Below, piece by piece: positions 1 through 7,572 of a stretch of 64,000 nt of DNA. The notes below the pieces were generated by a model, which made no database searches, was not told the origin of the DNA, and saw only the letters and a program-made list of their open reading frames with translations. The translations under genes were made by a program, and so were the position numbers. Every line of letters begins with the position of its first letter. Positions within the stretch are counted from its first letter, which is position 1. Location: positions 5,371-69,370 of the forward strand of contig LCQS01000005.1 of the NCBI GenBank assembly GCA_001004265.1, read 5' to 3'. The DNA is from Parcubacteria group bacterium GW2011_GWA2_51_10 (GTDB lineage: Bacteria > Patescibacteriota > Minisyncoccia > Phycocordibacterales > UBA2100).

Positions 1-257
1 ACATAAAAAAAGATAAGCGCCCCTCGATTGATCAACTGGTGAATCCGCTCATCAAACATTTCAAGGACTTGCCGCTTGAAGACCAAGACGGTTCGCTAAA
101 TTATGCGATCACAAAGATACTAAAAGAGGTCTATCCGAAGAAATATTTTCATGTCAACCGCGCTCTCGGAATGCTGTCAGCCATCGCCCTCGAATATTAT
201 AGGAAAGTTGTCGGACCGTATGAGGATACAAAAATCGCAGAAAACGGAGACGTATAA
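1..257 (+). CDS. hypothetical protein, 3' end of a CDS entering from the left window edge
   Basis: The frame of ORF 39..257 stays open back to nt 3 (IKKDKRPSIDQL...), so the GTG at 39 is probably internal. No family recognised. Confidence 0.4.
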   Translation, partial: IKKDKRPSIDQLVNPLIKHFKDLPLEDQDGSLNYAITKILKEVYPKKYFHVNRALGMLSAIALEYYRKVVGPYEDTKIAENGDV

Positions 258-258
258 A

Positions 259-651
259 TTATTTCAATTTTTCCACGAGCTCCTTCGGTTTTTTTGCTAC
301 CCCTTGAAATAAAATAGCGCGGCCTGGGTCACTATCCTTATTTGAGAATGCGTAAATCGGTTTGTTCAATGCAGCCGCATAACCGATCTCGATGTTCGTG
401 CTGTTTCCTGCATATCCGTCCTTATTGAAAATAAAGACCACGTCAGCTTGCCGGATTTTATGAAAATGGTCATGGACCAATCCCGCAGCAACGACTCGTC
501 TATCTGACGCCGATAATGCTTCGAGATCTCCTCCGGAAGCTCTGTAAAAAGGAGGAATGAGCACTTCTGCGCCCAATTTCTCAAGTCCTTTTGCAAATGC
601 GCGAGCTTCTTTCGCGAATTTATTACTTGCGCAAATAACCACAGATTTCAT
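259..651 (-). CDS. nucleoside 2-deoxyribosyltransferase-like protein
   Basis: 130 aa: MKSVVICASNKF...DVVFIFNKDGYAGNSTNIEIGYAAALNKPIY. The small Rossmann-like layout and the Glu in xEIGYA match my recollection of the NDT-like family. Confidence 0.55.
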   Translation of the reverse strand: MKSVVICASNKFAKEARAFAKGLEKLGAEVLIPPFYRASGGDLEALSASDRRVVAAGLVHDHFHKIRQADVVFIFNKDGYAGNSTNIEIGYAAALNKPIYAFSNKDSDPGRAILFQGVAKKPKELVEKLK

Positions 652-666
652 GTAAGTATCCAGTTT

Positions 667-1722
667 CTAAATCTTTTCAATCATTTCCCACGGGCGGCCC
701 TCGACGCCAAAGTGGCCATAGGCGGCGGTTTCTCGGTAGATGGGCCGGCGCAGGTCGAGGCGTTCAATAATGGATAGCGGTCGAAAATCGAAATTTTTTG
801 TGACGATGTCAGTAAGATTTTTTCCATTGCCATCAAACGCTTCCACCATAACGGGCTCTGCGCGCCCTATGGCGTACGCCACGGACACAAGCACCTTTTT
901 TCCATAGCCATTAGCGACGAGATTTTTTGCAGCGAAGCGGCACATGTAGGCGGCGGAGCGGTCTACTTTCGTCGGGTCTTTTCCTGAAAAACAGCCGCCG
1001 CCGTGCGGTACGAGGCCTCCGTATGTATCCACCATTATTTTTCTGCCCGTAAGGCCCGCATCCGCGGTGAATCCTCCGAGCACAAATTTGCCTGTCGGGT
1101 TTACGAGTATTTCAATCTTTTCAATATCACCGAGGACGGGCTTAAAAAGATGTTCGATAAGTTTTTCTCGGATTTCTTCTTGCGATACTTCCTCGGCGTG
1201 CTGCGTCGAAGTCAGTGCCGTGATCACGCCTTTACTGTTCGACACGGTTACCTGCGTTTTGCCGTCTGGCTTCAGCCACGAGAGGGTGCCATCTTTGCGC
1301 AGCTTTTCAAGTCGGCGTGCGAGCGCATTCGAAAAAACGACGCCGAGGGGGAGCATCTCTTTCGTTTCATCGGTCGCGTAGCCATACATGATTCCCTGAT
1401 CTCCCGCGCCACCGGTGTCCACTCCCTGCGCGATATCGGGCGATTGCCGAGCGACTTTCACGAGGATGTCGAGATCGTTTTCATATCCGATAGACGTGTA
1501 TACATCGCGCGCGACGTGCTCATAATTTATCTCGGCTGCCGTTTTTACTTCGCCTCCGATCATCATCGAACCGTGGCTTCCCAAAACTTCTACAGCGACG
1601 CGGCTCGTCGGGTCCTGCGCGATGCACGCATCCAGAATCGCGTCTGAAATTTGATCACATACTTTGTCCGGGTGCCCGGCCGTGACGCTTTCGGTTGTGT
1701 ATCTCTCCAATAAATGGAACAT
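667..1722 (-). CDS. metK: S-adenosylmethionine synthetase
   Basis: Hallmark motifs are present: ESVTAGHPDKVCDQISDAILDA, GAGDQGIMYGYATDET, GGGCFSGKDPTKVDRSAAY. Confidence 0.95.
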   Translation of the reverse strand: MFHLLERYTTESVTAGHPDKVCDQISDAILDACIAQDPTSRVAVEVLGSHGSMMIGGEVKTAAEINYEHVARDVYTSIGYENDLDILVKVARQSPDIAQGVDTGGAGDQGIMYGYATDETKEMLPLGVVFSNALARRLEKLRKDGTLSWLKPDGKTQVTVSNSKGVITALTSTQHAEEVSQEEIREKLIEHLFKPVLGDIEKIEILVNPTGKFVLGGFTADAGLTGRKIMVDTYGGLVPHGGGCFSGKDPTKVDRSAAYMCRFAAKNLVANGYGKKVLVSVAYAIGRAEPVMVEAFDGNGKNLTDIVTKNFDFRPLSIIERLDLRRPIYRETAAYGHFGVEGRPWEMIEKI

Positions 1723-1791
1723 AGGGAATAGTTTTTAGTTATAAGTTTTTAGTTCTTAAATTATCCCGTAATATAGCTGATTTCGTTTCTC

Positions 1792-1819
1792 AAAACTGAA
1801 AACTGAAAACTAGAAACTG
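1792..1819. repeat. tandem heptamer repeat (AAAACTG x4, two units imperfect)
   Basis: aaaactg aaaactg aaaacta gaaactg, read directly. It lies in the metK / yvcK-like divergent intergenic region. Confidence 0.7.
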
Positions 1820-1887
1820 GTAAAGAAATTCTCCCTGAAGGGAGATTCTTTCGACAAGGTATCTTCCCTTACGGGCTGGAGGCACTT

Positions 1888-1937
1888 TACCCTGAGCTTG
1901 TCGAAGGGCCATTCGACTCACTTCGTTCGCTCATGGC
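1888..1937 (-). repeat. bipartite GC-rich hairpin element; second copy of the element nested in rnpB P3
   Basis: The minus strand reads gccatGAGCGAAcgaagtgaGTCGAatgGCCCTTCGACAAGCTCAGGGt. The 21-nt second half matches rnpB 25627-25647 (GCCCTTCGATAAACTCAGGGC) at 18/21 positions. Confidence 0.6.
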
Positions 1938-2100
1938 AAGTTGCTGTCGGCTTATGACGATCCAGTTCTCGTTCTTCAATTACTTTTGTAAAGAAGATCA
2001 CCGCGCTCTTGATACGATATTGGGTGTGTAGGAGTATGCTAGCAAGTTGTTTCTCTCTCTGCAATACTAGTGTGAATATCTTTATATGAATTGGATGAAT

Positions 2101-2165
2101 CCCGTTAGAAATAGCCCGCCCCAAAGGCCCTTCGGGCGCGCAAGCGCGGGCGCGATTTCTAACGG
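2101..2165 (+). repeat. CCCGTTAGAAA...TTTCTAACGG hairpin element (family B, copy 1)
   Basis: Arms are cccgttagaaat (2101-2112) and atttctaacgg (2155-2165). Inner pairs are gcccgc/gcgggc, and the apex is gccc-TTC-gggc. The element ends 1 nt before the ATG at 2167. Confidence 0.65.
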
Positions 2166-2166
2166 C

Positions 2167-3117
2167 ATGAAAAAAGTTGTGACAATCGGCGGAGGAACCG
2201 GGAGCTATACCATTCTGCGCGGCCTCAAAAAATTTCCGCTCGACATTACAGCCGTTGTCACAACATTTGACAGCGGTGGCTCTACCGGCGCTTTGCGCGA
2301 TGAGTTTGGGATTCTTCCTCCCGGCGATATTCGCCGCTGTCTCATCGCGCTTTCCGAAGGAAAAAAGCGACAAGTGCTTCGCGATCTTTTTAATTACCGC
2401 TTCGACCAAAAGGGGAGCCCCCTTCACGGGCATAGCTTCGGCAACCTCTTTCTGCTCGCGCTTTCTTCGATCTACGGAAGCGAAATCGAAGGGATTCGCA
2501 AGGCATCGCAGCTTCTGAATTTGAAGGGAAGGGTGCTGCCAGTTTCGCTCGATAACTCTCACGTTCACGCGACTCTGGAGGACGGCACCGAGATCGTCGG
2601 GGAGGCGAATATCGATGTACCAAAGCACAACGGCGATTTGAAAATCGCGAGCGTTACCCTCAAACCCGTTGCACACATTTTCGATGAAACGAAAGACGCG
2701 ATTCGGGAAGCTGACCTTATTGTTATAGGCCCCGGCGACATTTACACATCCATCATTCCAAACTTTCTTGTGGAAGGGATGAAAGAAGCCCTGCGCGAGA
2801 GTCGCGGCAAAACGGTTGTCATCTGCAATCTGATGACGAAGTGGGGAGAAACAAATGGATCGGTAGCATCAAGCATGATTGCCGAACTTCTCGTTTATAG
2901 CGGCCTCTCAAAGTTCGATTATGCGATTTGCAATACCAAAGAGATGGATGCCGGACTTGTTGCCGCATATGCAGATGAAAAAAAATATCCGGTGCACTGC
3001 GATGCGGCGCTCAAGGAGTATGCGCGCGAGATCATCACGGGCGATTTCTATTCAGAATTGGACATCGCGCGGCATGATTCCGAAAAAATTGGAAAAGCTG
3101 TTGCGGAGCTGGAATAG
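2167..3117 (+). CDS. YvcK/CofD-family protein (gluconeogenesis factor-like, UPF0052)
   Basis: MKKVVTIGGGTGSYTILRGLKKF...TTFDSGGSTGALRDEFGILPPGDIRRCLIALS. I chose the start at 2167 rather than 2086 because 2086-2166 is covered by the hairpin repeat. Confidence 0.85.
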   Translation: MKKVVTIGGGTGSYTILRGLKKFPLDITAVVTTFDSGGSTGALRDEFGILPPGDIRRCLIALSEGKKRQVLRDLFNYRFDQKGSPLHGHSFGNLFLLALSSIYGSEIEGIRKASQLLNLKGRVLPVSLDNSHVHATLEDGTEIVGEANIDVPKHNGDLKIASVTLKPVAHIFDETKDAIREADLIVIGPGDIYTSIIPNFLVEGMKEALRESRGKTVVICNLMTKWGETNGSVASSMIAELLVYSGLSKFDYAICNTKEMDAGLVAAYADEKKYPVHCDAALKEYAREIITGDFYSELDIARHDSEKIGKAVAELE

Positions 3118-3167
3118 AGGCTTCCTGCCTTCATGAGATTATCAAAAAATAGTGCTAGCATATCTCT

Positions 3168-3641
3168 ATGACAAAAATTGGATGGACAGTAATAATCGTT
3201 CTCGGCATCGTTATTGCTGTACTCTCATGGCTTCTCTTCAAGGCGCCCGCGCCCGTCTCTGCGCCGATGAATAATGGCAATGCAACAACGACGCCGCCTT
3301 CCGCGACCAAACCATTCGAATCGGAGAACGTAAGAATCGAGACGCCGAGGTCGGGAGCGCGAGTTGCTCAAACATTTACAGTAACCGGTGAAGCGCGCGG
3401 CTTGTGGTACTTCGAAGCGTCATTTCCGGTGCAAGTACGCGATGCGAACGACAACGTGCTCGCGACAGTGCCGGCGCAGGCAATAGGCGAGTGGATGACC
3501 ACGGAATTTGTGCCGTTTTCCACAACCATTACGATTAGTGGCGGATACAGCGGCCCGGCGACCCTTGTTCTTCTCAAGGACAATCCGTCCGGTTTGCCGG
3601 AGCATGACGATTCGGTATCAATCCCTATAATCATTGAATGA
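3168..3641 (+). CDS. membrane-anchored Gmad2-like immunoglobulin-fold protein
   Basis: An N-terminal TM helix is followed by VRIETPRSGARV..FTVTGEARGLWYFEASFPVQVRDANDNVL...FVPFSTTITI, the pattern recalled for the Gmad2 Ig-like domain. Confidence 0.6.
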   Translation: MTKIGWTVIIVLGIVIAVLSWLLFKAPAPVSAPMNNGNATTTPPSATKPFESENVRIETPRSGARVAQTFTVTGEARGLWYFEASFPVQVRDANDNVLATVPAQAIGEWMTTEFVPFSTTITISGGYSGPATLVLLKDNPSGLPEHDDSVSIPIIIE

Positions 3642-4360
3642 CCAAGGAAGAGCGTGCCCCATTGGAGAAAAGTCGCCGTAAGACGCCTCCCGTCACGGCC
3701 GCGGCGCGACGTTCTCTAACGGGGAGAGCGAGGGAGATTGTCGCGTACCTTAAAAAGGCGTATCCGAAACCGAAAAGCGAATTGAAATATCAGACGCCGT
3801 TCCAATTTCTTGTGGCTGTCATTTTATCTGCACAGTGCACTGACAAAGCGGTGAATCGTCTCACGGACACGCTTTTTGGGAAATACAAAACCGCTCTCGA
3901 TTTTGCGAGAGCCAAGTCGCGCGTTTTTGAGAAAGAAATTTCGGCGGTGCCTTTTTTCAGAAATAAATCTAAGAATATTATTGCGGCTGCGAAAAAGACG
4001 CTGGAGGAATTTGATGGGAGAGTGCCGAGAAATGCAGAGGATTTGCAGACACTTCCGGGAGTTGGATACAAGACGGCGCACGTAGTCGCGGGAGAGCTGT
4101 TCGATATATGGGAAGGAATCCCGACGGATACGCATGTGCGGCGTTTCGCTCTGCGCTTCGGTCTCACGAAACATAGTGACCTTGGTAAGATCTCTAAAGA
4201 TTTCGAAACGCTCGTGCCAAGGCGAGATTGGAAGTACGTCAATAATGGACTCGTGCTCTATGGCAGATACGTCTGTCCTGCGCGTTCGCATGACTGCACA
4301 AAGCATCCGCTTACAAAACTCTGGCCGGAGGCCGCGGCGAATTGGCCACGCGCAAAATAA
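3638..4360 (+). CDS. nth: endonuclease III (HhH-GPD DNA glycosylase), Fe-S ligands incomplete
   Basis: FQFLVAVILSAQCTDKAVN and LPGVGYKTAHVV (the HhH motif). The ATGA overlaps the upstream stop. The C-terminus VCPARSHDCTKHPLTKLW retains only 2 of the 4 cluster cysteines. Confidence 0.85.
   Translation: MTKEERAPLEKSRRKTPPVTAAARRSLTGRAREIVAYLKKAYPKPKSELKYQTPFQFLVAVILSAQCTDKAVNRLTDTLFGKYKTALDFARAKSRVFEKEISAVPFFRNKSKNIIAAAKKTLEEFDGRVPRNAEDLQTLPGVGYKTAHVVAGELFDIWEGIPTDTHVRRFALRFGLTKHSDLGKISKDFETLVPRRDWKYVNNGLVLYGRYVCPARSHDCTKHPLTKLWPEAAANWPRAK
3657..3724 (+). repeat. family B hairpin element (copy 3), inside the 5' end of nth
   Basis: ccccattggagaaaagtcgc (3657-3676) pairs with gcgacgttctctaacgggg (3706-3724). 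The termini resemble CCCGTTAGAAA/TTTCTAACGGG. Confidence 0.5.
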
Positions 4361-4361
4361 C

Positions 4362-5111
4362 ATGAGAATTATTATCAATGGACTTGCAACGGAGTACCTC
4401 GATGAGGGAAGGGGAAAAACGCTTCTGCTGCTACATGGTTGGCAGGATAATTTGCACACGTTCGACAAACTCGCCGCTAAACTTGCAGAAAAATATCGCG
4501 TCGTCAGGTTAGATTTGCCGGGATTTGGCGAGACTGAAACTCCGCGAAGAGCGTGGAATCTTGAAGACTACGCAGAATTCATCTCTGCGTTCTGTCGGAA
4601 ACTGGGCATACAGGTGTTCTGCATCATTGGGCACTCGCTCGGAGGCCGCATCTCGATCAAATCACTTTCAGGCTCGATTCTGAATACTGAAAAGCTGGTA
4701 CTCATCGCGTCGGCAGGCGTCGCGAAACGCAATCCAGTTCGCTCTGGAGCGCTTCTTGCTCTTGCGAGAATCGGAAACGCTGCTTTTTCTATTCCGCCCT
4801 TGCGTAACTTGAAAGGAAGCGTGCGCCGCTCATTTTATAAGGCGATTGGGAGCGATTACGAAGCGGCAGGGAAGCTGCGCGGGACGTTTCAAAATATCAT
4901 ACGAGAAGATCTGTCCGATGCCGCCAAAAAAATTGCTGCGCCCACCCTCTTGATATGGGGCCATCTAGACAGAGAAACGCCGCTTTTCGACGGTCAAAGA
5001 CTTTCAAATCTTATTCGCGGTTCAAGAATCGAAATCGTGGAGGGAGCGGGGCATTTCGTGCATCGGGAGCGTACGGGGCGAGTAGCTGATCTGATATTAC
5101 ATTTCCTATGA
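4362..5111 (+). CDS. alpha/beta-fold hydrolase
   Basis: MRIIINGLATEYLDEGRGKTLLLLHGW, a nucleophile elbow GHSLGG, and a C-terminal GAGHFVH. The ATG at 4362 follows the nth stop directly. Confidence 0.8.
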   Translation: MRIIINGLATEYLDEGRGKTLLLLHGWQDNLHTFDKLAAKLAEKYRVVRLDLPGFGETETPRRAWNLEDYAEFISAFCRKLGIQVFCIIGHSLGGRISIKSLSGSILNTEKLVLIASAGVAKRNPVRSGALLALARIGNAAFSIPPLRNLKGSVRRSFYKAIGSDYEAAGKLRGTFQNIIREDLSDAAKKIAAPTLLIWGHLDRETPLFDGQRLSNLIRGSRIEIVEGAGHFVHRERTGRVADLILHFL

Positions 5112-6532
5112 GCATTCAGAGTTTTTTGTCTCTCTATCGTCCGCGATACATACGCTCGCTCATCTACATGCTGCAGACAAGCGAGTACGATGTGGGCGAC
5201 TTTACGGCCTGGTATTTGCGGACGCGGGATTTCAGCAGTGTCGAGCGCAGAAGAAAAATTGCGTGGACGCCGAAGGCAACTCTTTTCGCTGTTGCGCTGT
5301 GGGCGCTTGTCGGCATCGTCGCTTATATTCTTCTTACGTTCCTGTTTCTCGGAGGGGCCTTCCTTGTACTTCTCGCTCCCATACTTCTTTTACTGCCCTT
5401 TGTGCTCGCTGTTGCTCTCGCGGGGTTCGCTATTCTTTTCGCCGGCGTCCAGTCGATAGTCGAGCAATTCTATATGCGTCGTGCCGCTCTACGACTTTCG
5501 CGGATGAAAGCGTTTAAGATCGCGATCGCCGGGAGCTTCGGAAAAACCACCATGCGCGAGATTCTTAAAGCTGTGCTTGCCGAAAGCAAGCGCGTGGCCG
5601 CGCCTCCCCACAGCTACAACACGCCACTCTCAATTTCTCGTTTCGTCGGCTCTCTCAAAGGCGATGAGGAGGTTCTAATTTTTGAGCTCGGCGAATATTA
5701 CCCGGGGGACGTGCGCAAGCTTTGCGAAATGATTAAGCCCGATCTTGGTATTGTTACAGGAGTGAACGAAGCGCATTTAGAGAAATTTGGTGACTTGGAG
5801 GAAACCGCCGAAACGATTTTCGAGCTTGCCGATTATTTGAATGACAAGCCGTTATACGTAAATGGCGAAAGCGAGATGGCGTGGAAGCATGCGCCGGAGC
5901 ATGCAATCATATATTCATGCGCAGGATCGGGTGATTGGAAAGCAGCACATACAAAGACCGATCTTAGCGGGCTTTCTTTTTCGTTTCAAAGAGAGGGCGA
6001 GGATATCGCTGTTCGGTCGAAGCTTCTCGGCGTTCACAATGTGGGTCCACTGTCCGCAGCGATTCACGTGGCAAAAAGATTGGGACTTCCGAATACGGCC
6101 ATCGAGGCGGGACTTTCTAAAACGAAGGCGTTCGAGCACAGAATGCAGGCGCGCGCGGAAGGCGGCATCGTGATCATAGATGACAGCTACAATGGAAATC
6201 CGGACGGTGCCCGCGCGGCCATAACATTTTTAGCTGGTCTCTCGGCAAAGCGACGCTTTTACATAACGCCCGGATTTGTTGAAATGGGTGCGAGAAGCGA
6301 AGTGGTCCATAGAGAGTTAGGACGCGAGCTTGCTCTATCCGGGATCGAACACATTGTACTTATTCAAAACAGCGTAACAGGACATATCGAGAGCGGTTTA
6401 GCGGGAGCGAATTACCACGGCAAAATTCTCCACTTTCCTGATATGCCGCAGGCGCTTTCAGCCCTAAAGCACGTGACGACTCCGGGTGATGTAGTGCTTA
6501 TTCAGAACGACTGGCCGGACCAGTATGCCTGA
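5108..6532 (+). CDS. Mur ligase family protein (MurF-like) with an N-terminal transmembrane region
   Basis: P-loop IAIAGSFGKTTMREIL, then DDSYNGNPDGARAAI (MurF-type DxSYNANP-like). Residues ~55-115 are two strongly hydrophobic helices where the usual N-terminal domain would be. Confidence 0.75.
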   Translation: MSIQSFLSLYRPRYIRSLIYMLQTSEYDVGDFTAWYLRTRDFSSVERRRKIAWTPKATLFAVALWALVGIVAYILLTFLFLGGAFLVLLAPILLLLPFVLAVALAGFAILFAGVQSIVEQFYMRRAALRLSRMKAFKIAIAGSFGKTTMREILKAVLAESKRVAAPPHSYNTPLSISRFVGSLKGDEEVLIFELGEYYPGDVRKLCEMIKPDLGIVTGVNEAHLEKFGDLEETAETIFELADYLNDKPLYVNGESEMAWKHAPEHAIIYSCAGSGDWKAAHTKTDLSGLSFSFQREGEDIAVRSKLLGVHNVGPLSAAIHVAKRLGLPNTAIEAGLSKTKAFEHRMQARAEGGIVIIDDSYNGNPDGARAAITFLAGLSAKRRFYITPGFVEMGARSEVVHRELGRELALSGIEHIVLIQNSVTGHIESGLAGANYHGKILHFPDMPQALSALKHVTTPGDVVLIQNDWPDQYA

Positions 6533-6549
6533 CGTGCTAGAATCTTGTC

Positions 6550-7377
6550 ATGAAGTTAGCGGCCGACATTCGAAATAGTTTTTATTCGCCGGAGACGTAC
6601 CAAAATCTTCGCTCAAGCGGATTCGGCAGAGCAGTGCGATTCAGTTTTATCGCATCCCTCATTTCCGCGATAGCGGCGCTCATTATGATGGTGATCACGT
6701 TCTATCCGTTCATGAACGCGACATTCATTGAGCAGCTTGTCGCTTTCTACCCGAGCGAGCTCGTCGTAACCATCAACAATGGAGTAGTGAGCACGAATGT
6801 GGAGGAGCCGTACACAATTTCTTTCCCGGATCGCGTAGAGGCGAATACAAATGATGGGCCAGGCAATTTCGTAGTAATCGACACTACAGAAGCGCTTACG
6901 CTTGAGGACGTGAAAGCGTACGATGCATGGATAGTTCTCGGCAAGAGCACGCTCTATGCCGCGGGTGCCAATGAATTACGAGCTATCGATCTCTCGGGAA
7001 ATAAAGAAGAGATCATCATATCCAAAAGCTTCGTTGAGGAGATTGCCCGCAAAGCAAAACCGTTCGTAACGGCGGGCATTGTTCTCCTGCCTCTTATTGC
7101 ATCTCTTTTCCTGCTCTTGTTCGGTATGATAGGGTATCTTATTCTGGGAATTTTTGGAGCTCTTGCCGCGATGCTCATCGCCCGAGTCGGGGATATGCGG
7201 CTTCACTATCGTGAGGGGTACGTCGTTTCTCTCTATGCGATCATCCCCGTCGCGGTTTTCGATGCGGCGACGGATTTTATAGAGAGTGGGAACTCTTTTT
7301 GGTTGGGATTAGCTGTTTTTCTCGTTGTTCTCGTTGCTAATCTGCACGCACGGAGAGATGCATCTACCGTCGCATAG
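6550..7377 (+). CDS. DUF1189 (YvdJ-like) polytopic membrane protein
   Basis: The N-terminus IRNSFYSPETYQNLRSSGFGRAVRFSFIASLISAI resembles the YvdJ/DUF1189 start as I recall it. Several TM helices follow. Confidence 0.55.
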   Translation: MKLAADIRNSFYSPETYQNLRSSGFGRAVRFSFIASLISAIAALIMMVITFYPFMNATFIEQLVAFYPSELVVTINNGVVSTNVEEPYTISFPDRVEANTNDGPGNFVVIDTTEALTLEDVKAYDAWIVLGKSTLYAAGANELRAIDLSGNKEEIIISKSFVEEIARKAKPFVTAGIVLLPLIASLFLLLFGMIGYLILGIFGALAAMLIARVGDMRLHYREGYVVSLYAIIPVAVFDAATDFIESGNSFWLGLAVFLVVLVANLHARRDASTVA

Positions 7378-7421
7378 ACCCCTAACTCGCATCGAGGGTA
7401 ACAAGTGTGCGCTTTGGTGTA

Positions 7422-7572
7422 CCCGGTCAGTACAATTTGGCATCGGTTTTTTGCCTCACAGTTCGAGATATGTTGTACCCTTTCGCGCTAATAATCTACT
7501 CTATTTTTGGAACCCGGAATAACGGGAACCGAGACAATGCCAAATTGTCCTACCGGGTGTATATTTTTGAGC
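7422..7572 (+). promoter_or_regulatory. possible structured leader/attenuator upstream of ddl
   Basis: Long-range pairing of tacccggtcagtacaatttggcat (7421-7444) with atgccaaattgtcctaccgggtg (7537-7559), followed by tatattttt and the ddl ATG. There is also an inner cccg-gaataa-cggg hairpin. Confidence 0.25.

Noticed and set aside
1003-1647. 214-aa plus-strand ORF
   Set aside because: It is antisense to metK, has no recognisable motifs, and looks like a shadow ORF.
2086-2166. Upstream ATG start for the YvcK-like gene. The same question applies to 4134, 7507, 17420, 18557, 22189, 41103 and 53772 for their genes.
   Set aside because: In each case the conserved protein begins at a downstream ATG. 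The extension overlaps the preceding gene or a hairpin repeat and encodes non-homologous peptide.
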